Shown: positions 17,513 to 27,541 of the stretch, piece by piece
Position numbering within the stretch: position 1 is the stretch's first letter
How the letters are laid out: every line of letters starts with the position of its first letter
IMG/VR virus record: IMGVR_UViG_3300031949_000032
Span: 1 to 63,715 of that record
Source: a virus
Taxonomy: Duplodnaviria; Caudoviricetes
Reading direction: 5' to 3' (one strand)
DNA: 63,715 nucleotides
Notes under the pieces: generated by a model
The model's database searches: none
Told to the model about the DNA's origin: nothing
The model's input: only the letters and a program-made list of their open reading frames with translations
Program-made: the position numbers and the translations under genes

Positions 17513-17881
17513 CTAAAATATTATTTTTAAGGTTAATAGAATTAATGCCCCGATAGTAATTTTTTTCATTTTACTATTTTCTTTTTTTGATTCTACTAAT
17601 TTCTCAGAATAAAACGATTCAATGTATTTAATACTATCCTGTTTTTGTAACAACTGTTTTTCATAACCTTTTTCTTTTTCTGCCATAACAAATCTGGCAG
17701 AATCATAATAAGAAATGATATAGTTTAAGTTAACCAAGTCAGTATATATAATTTCTGCAGCAATAGAATCGATAATCATTTCATTTTTGCCCACTGAAAT
17801 AACCTGCGAGTTTGCGGAATGATTCTGGAATATAAGTACTACTATCATTAATAGTAGAATCCGTAACAATTGCAATTTCAT
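17513..17881 (-). CDS. Spanin-like lysis protein (signal peptide, coiled coil, C-terminal hydrophobic tail)
   Basis: Overlaps upstream gene by 101 bp in another frame; follows the endolysin. Confidence 0.55.
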   Translation of the reverse strand: MKLQLLRILLLMIVVLIFQNHSANSQVISVGKNEMIIDSIAAEIIYTDLVNLNYIISYYDSARFVMAEKEKGYEKQLLQKQDSIKYIESFYSEKLVESKKENSKMKKITIGALILLTLKIIF

Positions 17882-18101
17882 ATTTTTTATGTTTTAATTG
17901 GAATTTTAATGAATCGATAATTACATAACAGTTTTCCAGTTTATTCTGTAAAGATTGAATAACCGGTTTGTAGTTTACAGTATCTCTAATAATTATTTGC
18001 GGTTTAGAGATAATGTTGGCCTTTTTACTACCAAGGTAATAACTGAATACTACCAGCGCGGAAATAATTAAAATAAGTGTAATAATTGTCAGTTTTTTCA
18101 T
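17781..18101 (-). CDS. Inner-membrane spanin-like protein
   Basis: N-terminal TM, IRDTV motif, coiled coil; directly after the endolysin. Confidence 0.6.
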   Translation of the reverse strand: MKKLTIITLILIISALVVFSYYLGSKKANIISKPQIIIRDTVNYKPVIQSLQNKLENCYVIIDSLKFQLKHKKYEIAIVTDSTINDSSTYIPESFRKLAGYFSGQK

Positions 18102-18538
18102 GGATATAGTTTTCTAATAAGAATAGGATTAGGACAATGTTTTTCGTCTTCCGGGTCAGTTGGTTTAGTTCTTAACCCTAAATGGGCATGTACGGCTTTA
18201 GACAAGCCAGTACTACCCATTATTCCTAAATATGTACCTTCTTCAATATTTTGCATTGGTTTTAATCCGGGATTTAATTCTTTCATGTGGGCTAAAACCA
18301 AAAACAACCCTTTATATTCGCCTTCTGTTATTTTAATCCAAACTCTATTACCGAATGTGTTTGAAAATCCAAAAACGTACAATAAACCTTTTAAAGGGGA
18401 CACTATTCCAGGATGTGTATTTTCTTTAGATGGGCCAATATCAATACCGGCATGAAAAGTATACTTAATCCCTCCTATCGTAATATTTCTTGGACCATAC
18501 TCACTTGAAATATGTCCATCACTTACTGGTCGTATCAT
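18098..18538 (-). CDS. M23 peptidase endolysin
   Basis: SSEYGPR, HAGID, LAHM, GSTGLS..HAH. Confidence 0.88.
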   Translation of the reverse strand: MIRPVSDGHISSEYGPRNITIGGIKYTFHAGIDIGPSKENTHPGIVSPLKGLLYVFGFSNTFGNRVWIKITEGEYKGLFLVLAHMKELNPGLKPMQNIEEGTYLGIMGSTGLSKAVHAHLGLRTKPTDPEDEKHCPNPILIRKLYP

Positions 18539-18729
18539 ACTTTAAGTATTAAAATGATTAAACTAACACAAAGAGACAGTAGTACAGAAATAGTAATTGA
18601 TACTGCCCAAGATGGTCTACCGATAAGTTTATCCTTTATTTCTTTAATATCAGCAGCCATTTGGCAATTTATTTTTTCTTGCTGTTCTACTTTTGTTTCC
18701 AGAACTATAATTTTTTCACTGTCTGTCAT
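18535..18729 (-). CDS. Small coiled-coil + C-terminal TM protein (holin/antiholin-like)
   Basis: LETKVE coil followed by a TM segment; in lysis cassette. Confidence 0.6.
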   Translation of the reverse strand: MTDSEKIIVLETKVEQQEKINCQMAADIKEIKDKLIGRPSWAVSITISVLLSLCVSLIILILKV

Positions 18730-18768
18730 TGTATAAGGCCTTTAAAGGTTACAAAATATTGTATGTAA

Positions 18769-19131
18769 TTATTTTTTTATAAAATAGGTCGGGCTAATTT
18801 TCTTTAATCTATCTATCCAATAATCAATTGTCAATCCAACAACCAAACAGAAAAAATATGAAAATCCAATATTGACTATATCACCTATAAAGCGCAATAA
18901 AATGAATACTGAAATCATAACTGCAACAAAAGATAATAGCTTAGGTATTAAATTATGGTTAACCCAATATGTCCCATTGAATTTATCCGGTGTATTTTTA
19001 CTATTTTTAACTCCTTCGATTGTTTTCCAAATCCATTTTAATATAAGAGCTAAAAAGACGAAAATAAAACCAACTATGTAATTGACAATTGTCAAGACTC
19101 CGAGTAAATCTGATAAAATTTCTGTTTTCAT
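18769..19131 (-). CDS. Holin candidate (3 TM)
   Basis: Three hydrophobic segments and basic C-terminus, upstream of the endolysin. Confidence 0.6.
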   Translation of the reverse strand: MKTEILSDLLGVLTIVNYIVGFIFVFLALILKWIWKTIEGVKNSKNTPDKFNGTYWVNHNLIPKLLSFVAVMISVFILLRFIGDIVNIGFSYFFCLVVGLTIDYWIDRLKKISPTYFIKK

Positions 19132-19168
19132 AATTTTAAGTATTAAGTGAATAATTTATATTGAGTTA

Positions 19169-20782
19169 TTATTTTGTTAAGTCAATGTAATTTATAGAGT
19201 AAGGAGCTAGATTTCCTGTTAATTTGCCAGCAGAATAATTAACTATAAGTGTTGAGACAACCGTAGCTTCATTAGGAATTATCCTCCACGCATCAAGCTC
19301 GTCTGTTATTTGTTTTCCTACTATAGTAGAAGGGATAAAATTAGAAAGTGAGATTGAAAACGGTGTACTGGTTGACGTTCCGTTAACTATTATAATTCCC
19401 ATTTTTGTTTTAGTGGAATTTGTAGTAATAATTGTTGGAGTTCGAGGCCCTGTTACTCCAACCCTCAGCGCACCGGTTCCTTCATCCACGTGCCGATTAA
19501 CAGTATCGGTCACTGAAGGCGAATAACCTGTAAAGTTTACAACGTTAGCATAACTATGCCTCTGGAAATAATATTTCATCCAGTAAGTTGCGTTTTGCTT
19601 GCCATCCCCTAATAAATATGTCCCATAGGTATTTACATACCCGGATGGAATTAGCGCATTTGCGCTTGTGCTATTATAGTTCCATGAATTGGAACCTCTC
19701 TCATACCCATCGCGGGTGTTATAGATCATTCGGACTGCCATATGGCTAGCCCCAACAATGTTGGTAATGCGTAAATCAGATTCACCTGTTGTTGAATCTG
19801 CCCAACAATAGATACGGTATTCCGTATCGAACTGATACGGAGTACGAGCATTAATTACATTGATAGAATCATTAAGTTTGGCACTGTATGAAATTGTCCT
19901 ATAATTTTCCGATAAAATTCCGGCAGGATATGACATGTTCTGCCAATAAACCCACGCATACCAATGAGGCGAGACCCAATCGTAATGATTGGCAGCTTTT
20001 CTAAGTACGCTTGTTGCACTAAATGATTTCCGCATTGGCGAAATGCCAACTAGAAATGTAGTGTCGATAGATTTGATTAAAGTATACTTCTGACGTACAT
20101 AACGTGCGTACGTAGAATCTGTCGAATATACCCCCCAACAGTAGAAGGGTTCGTTGGCTATCTCAATTTTTCGAAATTGATAGCCTTTTTGTTTAATATA
20201 ATTAATGGCATTGGTGTATATAGAGTCGGGTAATTCTCTATCACCAAGAGAATATTCAGGCTTAATTTTTTCTAAGCAAAGAACGAAGTTCGATTCCGGA
20301 ATATTTAAACTGTCACAGGCGACATGCGCCTGGTCAATCTTCTTTCGATAACTTCCAGCTATTAGCGGATTATACACTTGATATAATCGTGATCCTGACA
20401 TATTAAGGTTTTGCCCTAACACTTTATTAACTGCGGCAAACTGAAATGTATCGTTCGTGTAATTAAATATAGAACGACTATCGTTTTGTCCGCTAATCGA
20501 CAGCGAGTAAATGCTTGTGCCAAGGTTTTCGTTAGAGGCTTTATGAGTAATGTTATTAACATTAGCAGTTATCAACAAGGAATCACCACTTAATGTAAAG
20601 ATGTGGTTGATATTAACAGGTGGAGATGGGAAAGCAAATTGAGCCGGTGGTGCCGGGTATTTGTTTTCTCTTATATGAAGAATACTTCTTTTAGCAATAA
20701 ATTTTGCTTTAATAGTGTCTAAATCGGCACTACTAACAGCTATTGAGTAGAAAGATAATAAAAAGATTATTATTGTTTTCAT
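19169..20782 (-). CDS. Clan GH-A-like glycoside hydrolase with signal peptide
   Basis: IEIANEP acid/base, SPHWY, DTEY nucleophile, C-terminal beta-sandwich ending LAPYSINYIDL. Confidence 0.7.
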   Translation of the reverse strand: MKTIIIFLLSFYSIAVSSADLDTIKAKFIAKRSILHIRENKYPAPPAQFAFPSPPVNINHIFTLSGDSLLITANVNNITHKASNENLGTSIYSLSISGQNDSRSIFNYTNDTFQFAAVNKVLGQNLNMSGSRLYQVYNPLIAGSYRKKIDQAHVACDSLNIPESNFVLCLEKIKPEYSLGDRELPDSIYTNAINYIKQKGYQFRKIEIANEPFYCWGVYSTDSTYARYVRQKYTLIKSIDTTFLVGISPMRKSFSATSVLRKAANHYDWVSPHWYAWVYWQNMSYPAGILSENYRTISYSAKLNDSINVINARTPYQFDTEYRIYCWADSTTGESDLRITNIVGASHMAVRMIYNTRDGYERGSNSWNYNSTSANALIPSGYVNTYGTYLLGDGKQNATYWMKYYFQRHSYANVVNFTGYSPSVTDTVNRHVDEGTGALRVGVTGPRTPTIITTNSTKTKMGIIIVNGTSTSTPFSISLSNFIPSTIVGKQITDELDAWRIIPNEATVVSTLIVNYSAGKLTGNLAPYSINYIDLTK

Positions 20783-20796
20783 ATTAAAATTTATAA

Positions 20797-23583
20797 TTAA
20801 TTACCCGGATTAGGTTCGTATTTAATATCCCCAAACAGTGTATTAAAATATCCAGAAGTTTCTTGCCTTCCTGTCATTTTAATAACATTGGTTGTAGTAA
20901 AATCTACTGATGTAACTAGTAAGTAATTTGAAGCATTAGTGATAGTTCCTTTTGGTGTTGTAAATACGCCTACCGTTGTAGAAGATAATCTTTTATAAGT
21001 AGTTTCCATTAATCCATATCCACTAAAAGAAATACTACTAGTAGAATTTATACCAGTTGATCCAAAATATGATTTAATCTGACCTGCACTTGCTCCGGTA
21101 TTAGTAAAATCAAAATAAGTAGTAAATACAAGTTTATCCCCATCTGTAGACAGAACATTAGCCGGTATAGTATATGTATATAAATCAGTTTCAACAGTAG
21201 TAGATGTATTGACTTGGGTATTGAAGACTTTTAATATGCCCGGTACTCTTACAAAGGTAGAGGAGGTACCGGCGGTATAATCTATTTTACCGGAAGTTTT
21301 TATATTTCCATATGTAGTAAGTGATCCTCCTATTTTAACATTAGCGGCAAAATGTAAACGTTGCTTTAAAGTATCACTGTCCTGATAGCCATATACAATT
21401 GATTTAGTTGTATCTCCTAATCCATTTGTTCTATCTAAAGAATTTATTATCAATAACCCATTTAGGGATGATAGTAAGTAATTACCTGCATAATATCCTA
21501 TAGCTATGTTATTTGATCCACTTGTTATATTTTGTATTGCATTATATCCAAGTGCTGTGTTATAATTACCAGTCGTATTGTCATATAAAGAATTCGGCCC
21601 TATTGCTAGGTTACCAGTACCATTATTGGTATATAAGGAATTGTAACCAAGTGCCGTATTGTAATTTCCAGTTGTATTTGTATTTAAAGAAAATGATCCT
21701 ACTGATGTATTTTGATTGCCATTATTATTATATAATGAAAATTTCCCAAGGGCTGTATTGTAACCACCAGTCCTGTTATACGTTAATGAATAAGACCCAA
21801 CTGCTGTGTTATGTGTCCCGGTCGATATTCGATTTAAGGCGCTATCTCCAACTGCTGTATTAGAAAGATTAGGTTGACCAATCGCTCCTTTATCTGTAAT
21901 GTATAAAACTTTTACTCCATTTTTAAACACATGAAAAGTTCCATCTTTTCTAAAAACAGAAGAATCCGACCCGTTAACATATGTAATACCGCTCCCATTT
22001 GCTATCCATTGCCCCGTACCACTTATATCAGATAATCTTGCCAATGTTCCAGACCCTGAAGGAAGTCTAAAGGTATCGGTTGCAGCAACACTTTGTGGTA
22101 TTATTGTGGCATAACCACTAGTTGCACCCCAAAGATTAATAGTTCTGGAATTCATATACCTTACCCAAAAATCCCCGTTTAACTTTAAATAATTATTGGC
22201 ACTGTTGGTCGGAAAACCAGTGCCAATATAAAAGTTTAATCCGTTTGCACTTGCTCCCGGTGTCATAGTATATGTACCTGAGCTAAAAGTACTGGCATTA
22301 AATAATAAGTTTACAAAACTAGTAGCGGGTTGAACCCCGTTTGCATATAGTCGAGTTGCTTTTAAATATCCATTTGCATTAATTGTAGCTGTTAGTGTCG
22401 GCACACTATTACTATTGTCAAACGAAGGAAAAGATTGTTGAGTAGTGTAAAGACCTAACGTTGAATCACCTTTATTTTCTAATAACCCAGATTTAAGAGT
22501 AAAAGGAATTCCAGCTCCCCACCTTGTCGTATCTTCAGCACTTATACTCTGTGCTAAAAGAGTTCTATTATTTAAAGCTGCGATTGAGTCTCGTAATGCT
22601 TTTTTAGTGGCTGACGTATCGGTTAAAGTTCGATGAAGTCCAGTTGTTAATATATCTCCATTCTTTAAAATGGCCACATAATTACCAAAAGTTCCTTCAG
22701 CTTTAAAAAGGGTATCTTTATCCCCTTTTATATATCCAGGCATTAGCGAACTACCTGCAATAAAGTAATTAGTCGTACTTCCGAGTAAGGCAACTCTGGC
22801 CGATGTTGAATCGGCTAAAAACTTTTCAGAAATTATGGTACCATCAGGACCAACTTCAAAAACTTTTACACCTCCTTGTCGTTTAATAATACTGTCTTTT
22901 GTAATGATAGTTTTATCTGTATCAACCCCTACGTCTAATGTGACAAAGGAAGAGTCGGAAGGTGATACACTATTATTCATATCTTCCCTAATTCTTGCGA
23001 GCGAATCGTTTACGACTGTTTTACGGGCTAATGCAGAAGTATCAGATGTTTGTAAATAATTTAAAGGGTCGTAACTTATAACCCCTAGTCCTTCCGACTT
23101 TACAAAACCTATTCCTCCATCGAGCTTATTTTGTTTTAAAGACACTGAGTGAGGCGTTGAATATAAAACTCCCGAATCGCTTTCTAAAATAAAAGAATTT
23201 AAAGGGAATGGTACACCTTCGTTAATAGAAGGGTCTATAATATATATTTTACCTGCATCGTAAGCAAATCCTGAAACCCTGGTAGGGTCTAAAAATAACG
23301 ATCCACCTGTATTTAATCTTACGTCCCCGGACAAGTTTACTTCTCCGAATAAACTTGCAATTGTATCGGTTTCTACGTATCCAGTTCTTACCTTTTTTTT
23401 AAATTCAAATGCATCTTTTGTAGTGGTAAACCGGACTACGTCACCATTAAATGTAATTTTAACGGAGTCTACATTTCCTACAGAAGTTTGATAATACATC
23501 CATATTGGACCATAAGTTGTATGTTGCCTTTGCCCGTAAGTAAGTGAGCAAATAAATAAAAAGAGTATTGTTAGTTTTTTCAT
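20797..23583 (-). CDS. Tail fibre/adhesin-like protein with signal peptide and NTAxG repeats
   Basis: MKKLTILFLFICSLTYGQ; about 9 NTA(L/V)GxxSL-type repeats; LPSGSGTLARLSDI fibre motif. Confidence 0.65.
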   Translation of the reverse strand: MKKLTILFLFICSLTYGQRQHTTYGPIWMYYQTSVGNVDSVKITFNGDVVRFTTTKDAFEFKKKVRTGYVETDTIASLFGEVNLSGDVRLNTGGSLFLDPTRVSGFAYDAGKIYIIDPSINEGVPFPLNSFILESDSGVLYSTPHSVSLKQNKLDGGIGFVKSEGLGVISYDPLNYLQTSDTSALARKTVVNDSLARIREDMNNSVSPSDSSFVTLDVGVDTDKTIITKDSIIKRQGGVKVFEVGPDGTIISEKFLADSTSARVALLGSTTNYFIAGSSLMPGYIKGDKDTLFKAEGTFGNYVAILKNGDILTTGLHRTLTDTSATKKALRDSIAALNNRTLLAQSISAEDTTRWGAGIPFTLKSGLLENKGDSTLGLYTTQQSFPSFDNSNSVPTLTATINANGYLKATRLYANGVQPATSFVNLLFNASTFSSGTYTMTPGASANGLNFYIGTGFPTNSANNYLKLNGDFWVRYMNSRTINLWGATSGYATIIPQSVAATDTFRLPSGSGTLARLSDISGTGQWIANGSGITYVNGSDSSVFRKDGTFHVFKNGVKVLYITDKGAIGQPNLSNTAVGDSALNRISTGTHNTAVGSYSLTYNRTGGYNTALGKFSLYNNNGNQNTSVGSFSLNTNTTGNYNTALGYNSLYTNNGTGNLAIGPNSLYDNTTGNYNTALGYNAIQNITSGSNNIAIGYYAGNYLLSSLNGLLIINSLDRTNGLGDTTKSIVYGYQDSDTLKQRLHFAANVKIGGSLTTYGNIKTSGKIDYTAGTSSTFVRVPGILKVFNTQVNTSTTVETDLYTYTIPANVLSTDGDKLVFTTYFDFTNTGASAGQIKSYFGSTGINSTSSISFSGYGLMETTYKRLSSTTVGVFTTPKGTITNASNYLLVTSVDFTTTNVIKMTGRQETSGYFNTLFGDIKYEPNPGN

Positions 23584-25007
23584 GACCATATTTCTATTTT
23601 AAATTCAAAATCACAATCATTAGGGGTATGATCGTCAGAGCATGTTACTTTAAAATTATTAGTTGTTCTTATTATTGATTTTACACTAAATTGAGGGCTA
23701 ACCATTGTACTATATGCAGTAACAAAATACTTTAATTCCCCTCCCCAATAATGAGTAATTGTATAAACACCCATACTATTCCTTACAGCCGTTACAGATA
23801 TTTCTGCTGGATTATATAGTATAGTTAAATCTCCTGTTATTCCATTTATTGAACCTACAAATCTTGCCCCAAAATAATAGCCTTTAGCCTGATAATCTGA
23901 ATCATGTCTATGGGTTGCAGGAGCATATACACCCGTATGATTATGTGCTAATTTAGAGTATACTTGATGGTGGTTATGATTTTCTGAAGCGTATAAATTA
24001 TCATGAACATGATTAGTTAACGAATATCTATCATCATGTATATGGCCCGAAAGTGAATATGTTGGATCCGGATAAAGTCCTATTGATTGGTTATTCCAAA
24101 AAACAAGCACATACCGATAAACTAAACCTTCTTCTATTGGGCTTCCAAAATCTGCAATAACTTGGTCTATTCCTTCAGTTTTCCAAGGTACATCAAGTTT
24201 ATTTCCCAAATTATCCCAAATGATAAGGTTAACATTTTCTGTTTTTAAATAATGGTCGATTATAAGTTTATTATCTGCGAGATTGGCATTTGTGAAACTC
24301 TCAGGTATTGCTGTTGAAAGATATGTTCCAAGTTCTGATTTAACACGAAGGTTATTATTTTCGTCAATTTCCAGTGTATTTGGATCAAATTTTAAGGCTA
24401 ATTTATCATTTACATTTATAAAAAATGGATATTCAATTCCTGCTTTTTCAATGTAATTACCGAGTAATATATGAATGTTTATAATAGCTGCATTTATTTC
24501 TTCAAGAGATTCAGGATTTACATCAGCCATTAATGGTTTAACTCCTGTAGGTGATAAATAATACCATTTATCATCCGTTAAATTATAGGCAATTTGCCCA
24601 AATATAATATGTTTAGAAAAGTCGAATTCAATGTCAATAGGGTTATATGCTGTCGATTCTGGTAAAATACCGGCTCCCGTAAGAACTAAATTCTTTACTA
24701 TAGCACGAACTTCACCTTCTCCTATTGTATGTTCAGGGTTAGCGGTTATATATCTTATTTTAGATAATGCCTCATTTGCATCTGCAATTAACCTTTCATC
24801 TTCGTGTGCCTGTAAATATTTAATAAAACTTCTAAAAACTGTATGCGGTAGTAATTCATCACCTTTTAAACCTGCCATGTACATCCGCTCAAACTCAGTT
24901 ACAGATGTTCCATATTTTTCTACATCGAGCTTGCGTTCGGTAATTTTTTGGTTTATAATCAGATTAACCAAAATTTCTATCCTGGACAATAGTTCTTCTG
25001 TAGTCAT
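23580..25007 (-). CDS. Tail fibre protein with HxH repeats
   Basis: HIHDDRY, HVHDNLY, HNHHQVY, HNHTGVY, HRHDSDY; C-terminal GVYTITH. Confidence 0.7.
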   Translation of the reverse strand: MTTEELLSRIEILVNLIINQKITERKLDVEKYGTSVTEFERMYMAGLKGDELLPHTVFRSFIKYLQAHEDERLIADANEALSKIRYITANPEHTIGEGEVRAIVKNLVLTGAGILPESTAYNPIDIEFDFSKHIIFGQIAYNLTDDKWYYLSPTGVKPLMADVNPESLEEINAAIINIHILLGNYIEKAGIEYPFFINVNDKLALKFDPNTLEIDENNNLRVKSELGTYLSTAIPESFTNANLADNKLIIDHYLKTENVNLIIWDNLGNKLDVPWKTEGIDQVIADFGSPIEEGLVYRYVLVFWNNQSIGLYPDPTYSLSGHIHDDRYSLTNHVHDNLYASENHNHHQVYSKLAHNHTGVYAPATHRHDSDYQAKGYYFGARFVGSINGITGDLTILYNPAEISVTAVRNSMGVYTITHYWGGELKYFVTAYSTMVSPQFSVKSIIRTTNNFKVTCSDDHTPNDCDFEFKIEIWS

Positions 25008-25009
25008 TT

Positions 25010-25630
25010 CTATATTATTAAATTTAAAGCAAATGAGGTAAGGGCCTTTTCACTTAAGTCTTTCTTTTCAATAGCTTGAAAAACTTCAGAAGCAACCAGG
25101 TATGATAATGCAGGAATAAGGATATCCGGTATTTCCTCCGGAGTCTTTTTTGCAACATAGGTTAATTCCGGTGATTGGGATTGTTCTCCTGAGGTTACAG
25201 TATAACACTCTAAAACTTTATAACCTGCAGCTTGTTTTAAAACTACAACAGGCTTGGAATTTCCTCCCCGTGTGTATTCATTTTTTTGTAATATGTATCG
25301 TGGGTCTTCAATTGTTATTGTAGACATAACTGGACGTTTCCAACTTTTAAATTGTATTACTCCAATTCGAATAAAATTAGCAGTTAACCGTATTGTAAGA
25401 ACACCATCAATTAATCCTAATATGTCAGATTCTGGAATTGTAGTTAATGGTAATGTATGATAAGGAGCAGACCGTAACAATCTATCGCAGCAATCAGGAA
25501 GGAATTGATCTATGTACCCTTTTATTGGGTTTAACAATTCATTTCCTGTTGATATAACTAACCCCATATTAAATGGGGTTAGTTCGTCAAGTTTGGCTAA
25601 TATAGATGATATGATTAGTTCCCTGATCAT
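25010..25630 (-). CDS. Head-tail adaptor-like protein
   Basis: Position downstream of MCP; WKRPV...Q.NEYTRG...KPV. Confidence 0.55.
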   Translation of the reverse strand: MIRELIISSILAKLDELTPFNMGLVISTGNELLNPIKGYIDQFLPDCCDRLLRSAPYHTLPLTTIPESDILGLIDGVLTIRLTANFIRIGVIQFKSWKRPVMSTITIEDPRYILQKNEYTRGGNSKPVVVLKQAAGYKVLECYTVTSGEQSQSPELTYVAKKTPEEIPDILIPALSYLVASEVFQAIEKKDLSEKALTSFALNLII

Positions 25631-25631
25631 A

Positions 25632-26054
25632 TTATCTTACGAATTTAATACCATTTGCGGCTGCGGTTTCGTCAATGGCCTTCCATGTTGTTAATGTACT
25701 TGGGGTAATTTTATCCTGGAACGTTTCTATAAGATATGCTTTAGCAGCCTGTACTGTAATAAATCCTCCAACCGGAGTTAAATCATCAAGATTAATCTGA
25801 GGATTTAAATCAGAAGCTTTTACTTTACTTTCCGATTTTTCTTCAAGGGTAGCTACTAATTTATAATTGTGGTTAAAACTTGAATTTGATTCGAGAGCCT
25901 CAATAATATCCGGGTCGTTAGTAGAGAACTTGCCTTTAATACCAAGTTCAATATTGTGACCTGAAAAATTGATAGTTACATTTGTTTTATCCTCTTTTGG
26001 GATATTAATTGTCATTGCGCATGACGTGATTGCCTGATATGTTTTTCTAATCAT
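25632..26054 (-). CDS. Hypothetical virion-associated protein
   Basis: Directly downstream of MCP. Confidence 0.6.
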   Translation of the reverse strand: MIRKTYQAITSCAMTINIPKEDKTNVTINFSGHNIELGIKGKFSTNDPDIIEALESNSSFNHNYKLVATLEEKSESKVKASDLNPQINLDDLTPVGGFITVQAAKAYLIETFQDKITPSTLTTWKAIDETAAANGIKFVR

Positions 26055-26081
26055 AATAGTTATTATTAAGAGATTTAAATA

Positions 26082-26113
26082 ATCAATGAGGTAGAATAAA
26101 CTACCTCATTGAT
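26082..26113 (-). terminator. Hairpin after major capsid gene
   Basis: ATCAATGAGGTAG-N6-CTACCTCATTGAT, 13-bp stem. Confidence 0.7.
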
Positions 26114-26119
26114 ATTAAA

Positions 26120-27514
26120 TTATGCCTGAATAAGCATATGAGTTTCGAGATATTTAGCTACCAAGCAGGAAGTTTCTGTAATAACTTTTGCTTTAACATT
26201 ACGCTGGCCAGATTCTTTGAGGTTTAATTCATCGGAACCAAGAGCTTTGAAGACTCTCTTTTGAAGGTTATTTACATCCAATGCGAGAGCTGAATTTTCC
26301 CAAACCTCTCCCCACATATTAAATAACTGGTGATGCAAAATAAGTAATTCACCAAAGTTAGTTGTAAGCTTTTTGAAAGTGATACCAAATTTAACTTCAG
26401 TAGCACCTGCATCCAATTGTTTTGTTATACCTTCATCAATTAATGATAATTTAGCGAGGAAGTTATTACCGGCAAACAGAATACGTTTTTCACTACCACA
26501 GTTACCTGTAAACAATTTTTTCATCATGTCTACATATAAAGTCTTGGTCAAAGTCTTAGTAAAATCAGTTCGGTTGGCACCATAATAATAAGAGTTTGCG
26601 GCTGCAATATCCCGGATAATACCTTGTGTAAAATATTTTTCCTCATTATCTATAGGGTCAATAAATTTTCCCTTAAAACCATGAAGGAAACTATTTTCCA
26701 TAGTCATTTTCATGTCATAGATATTCTGCTCATCGTAATCGGTAAAACCAATTTCAACTTCTTTATTATGTATTGCAGCATATGTAGATTCCTCAACCTG
26801 TGCAAAAAACAATTGTGTAAATTGAGTTGCTTTAACAGGTACAAGACCGAAAGGAGATGTTTGCATATCTTTTTCAGATTGTGCCTTACCACCTCTAATA
26901 AGTATATCTCCAACTGCAAGGGCAGGAATAACTGTATAGCCAACATTTCCACCGGTACCGGCAGTAACACCGTTAAGAGCAAATACTTTTGGTTTATTAT
27001 CTACTATATCGCAAATAGCTAATTGGAGATAACCTCCATCACTTGTATTAACTCCGTTTACGGACATTACCGTGATAGTATCATCTTTACTCCACATCTT
27101 TGGATTATCTACTTCGATTACGTCAATACATGCTGTAGCTGCAGAAGCATCAGCAGTTTTAGCTCTGATTGTTTTAACTGCATCTTTAATTGGCTTATAT
27201 CCAACTTTGTAATATTGAGTTTCAAATGCTTTTATCGGAACTGCCTTAGCTTCACGCATTATAGTATCGAGTGGAGTTAAAGAAGGACGAATTTTTAGAA
27301 TCTCTTTCTCAATATCTGGTCTTAATAATTCCGTAGATTCTAAAGTTGTATTTTGGGTATCTACAGCTTCACCGGTAATAAGTCCAGGAGTTGCCATTGA
27401 TATTACCGTACCTGTAGCACTGGTAATAAACATTAAGGAGAAAACCGCAAAAAACACCAGCCCAAAGACGGCGAATATTGCGATTTTTGCGATTTTTACT
27501 TGTCTGTTTTTCAT
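26120..27514 (-). CDS. Major capsid protein (DUF5309/SU10-like) with hydrophobic N-terminal extension
   Basis: IRPSLTPLDTI, TQLFFAQVE, MENSFLHG, FTQGI, TNFGELLILHHQLF; downstream of acidic scaffold. Confidence 0.75.
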   Translation of the reverse strand: MKNRQVKIAKIAIFAVFGLVFFAVFSLMFITSATGTVISMATPGLITGEAVDTQNTTLESTELLRPDIEKEILKIRPSLTPLDTIMREAKAVPIKAFETQYYKVGYKPIKDAVKTIRAKTADASAATACIDVIEVDNPKMWSKDDTITVMSVNGVNTSDGGYLQLAICDIVDNKPKVFALNGVTAGTGGNVGYTVIPALAVGDILIRGGKAQSEKDMQTSPFGLVPVKATQFTQLFFAQVEESTYAAIHNKEVEIGFTDYDEQNIYDMKMTMENSFLHGFKGKFIDPIDNEEKYFTQGIIRDIAAANSYYYGANRTDFTKTLTKTLYVDMMKKLFTGNCGSEKRILFAGNNFLAKLSLIDEGITKQLDAGATEVKFGITFKKLTTNFGELLILHHQLFNMWGEVWENSALALDVNNLQKRVFKALGSDELNLKESGQRNVKAKVITETSCLVAKYLETHMLIQA

Positions 27515-27541
27515 TGATATATTTAATTTAATGGTTAATAT

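Noticed and set aside
19169-25007. Diversity-generating retroelement acting on tail genes
   Set aside because: I found no reverse transcriptase ORF and no TR/VR pair differing at adenines
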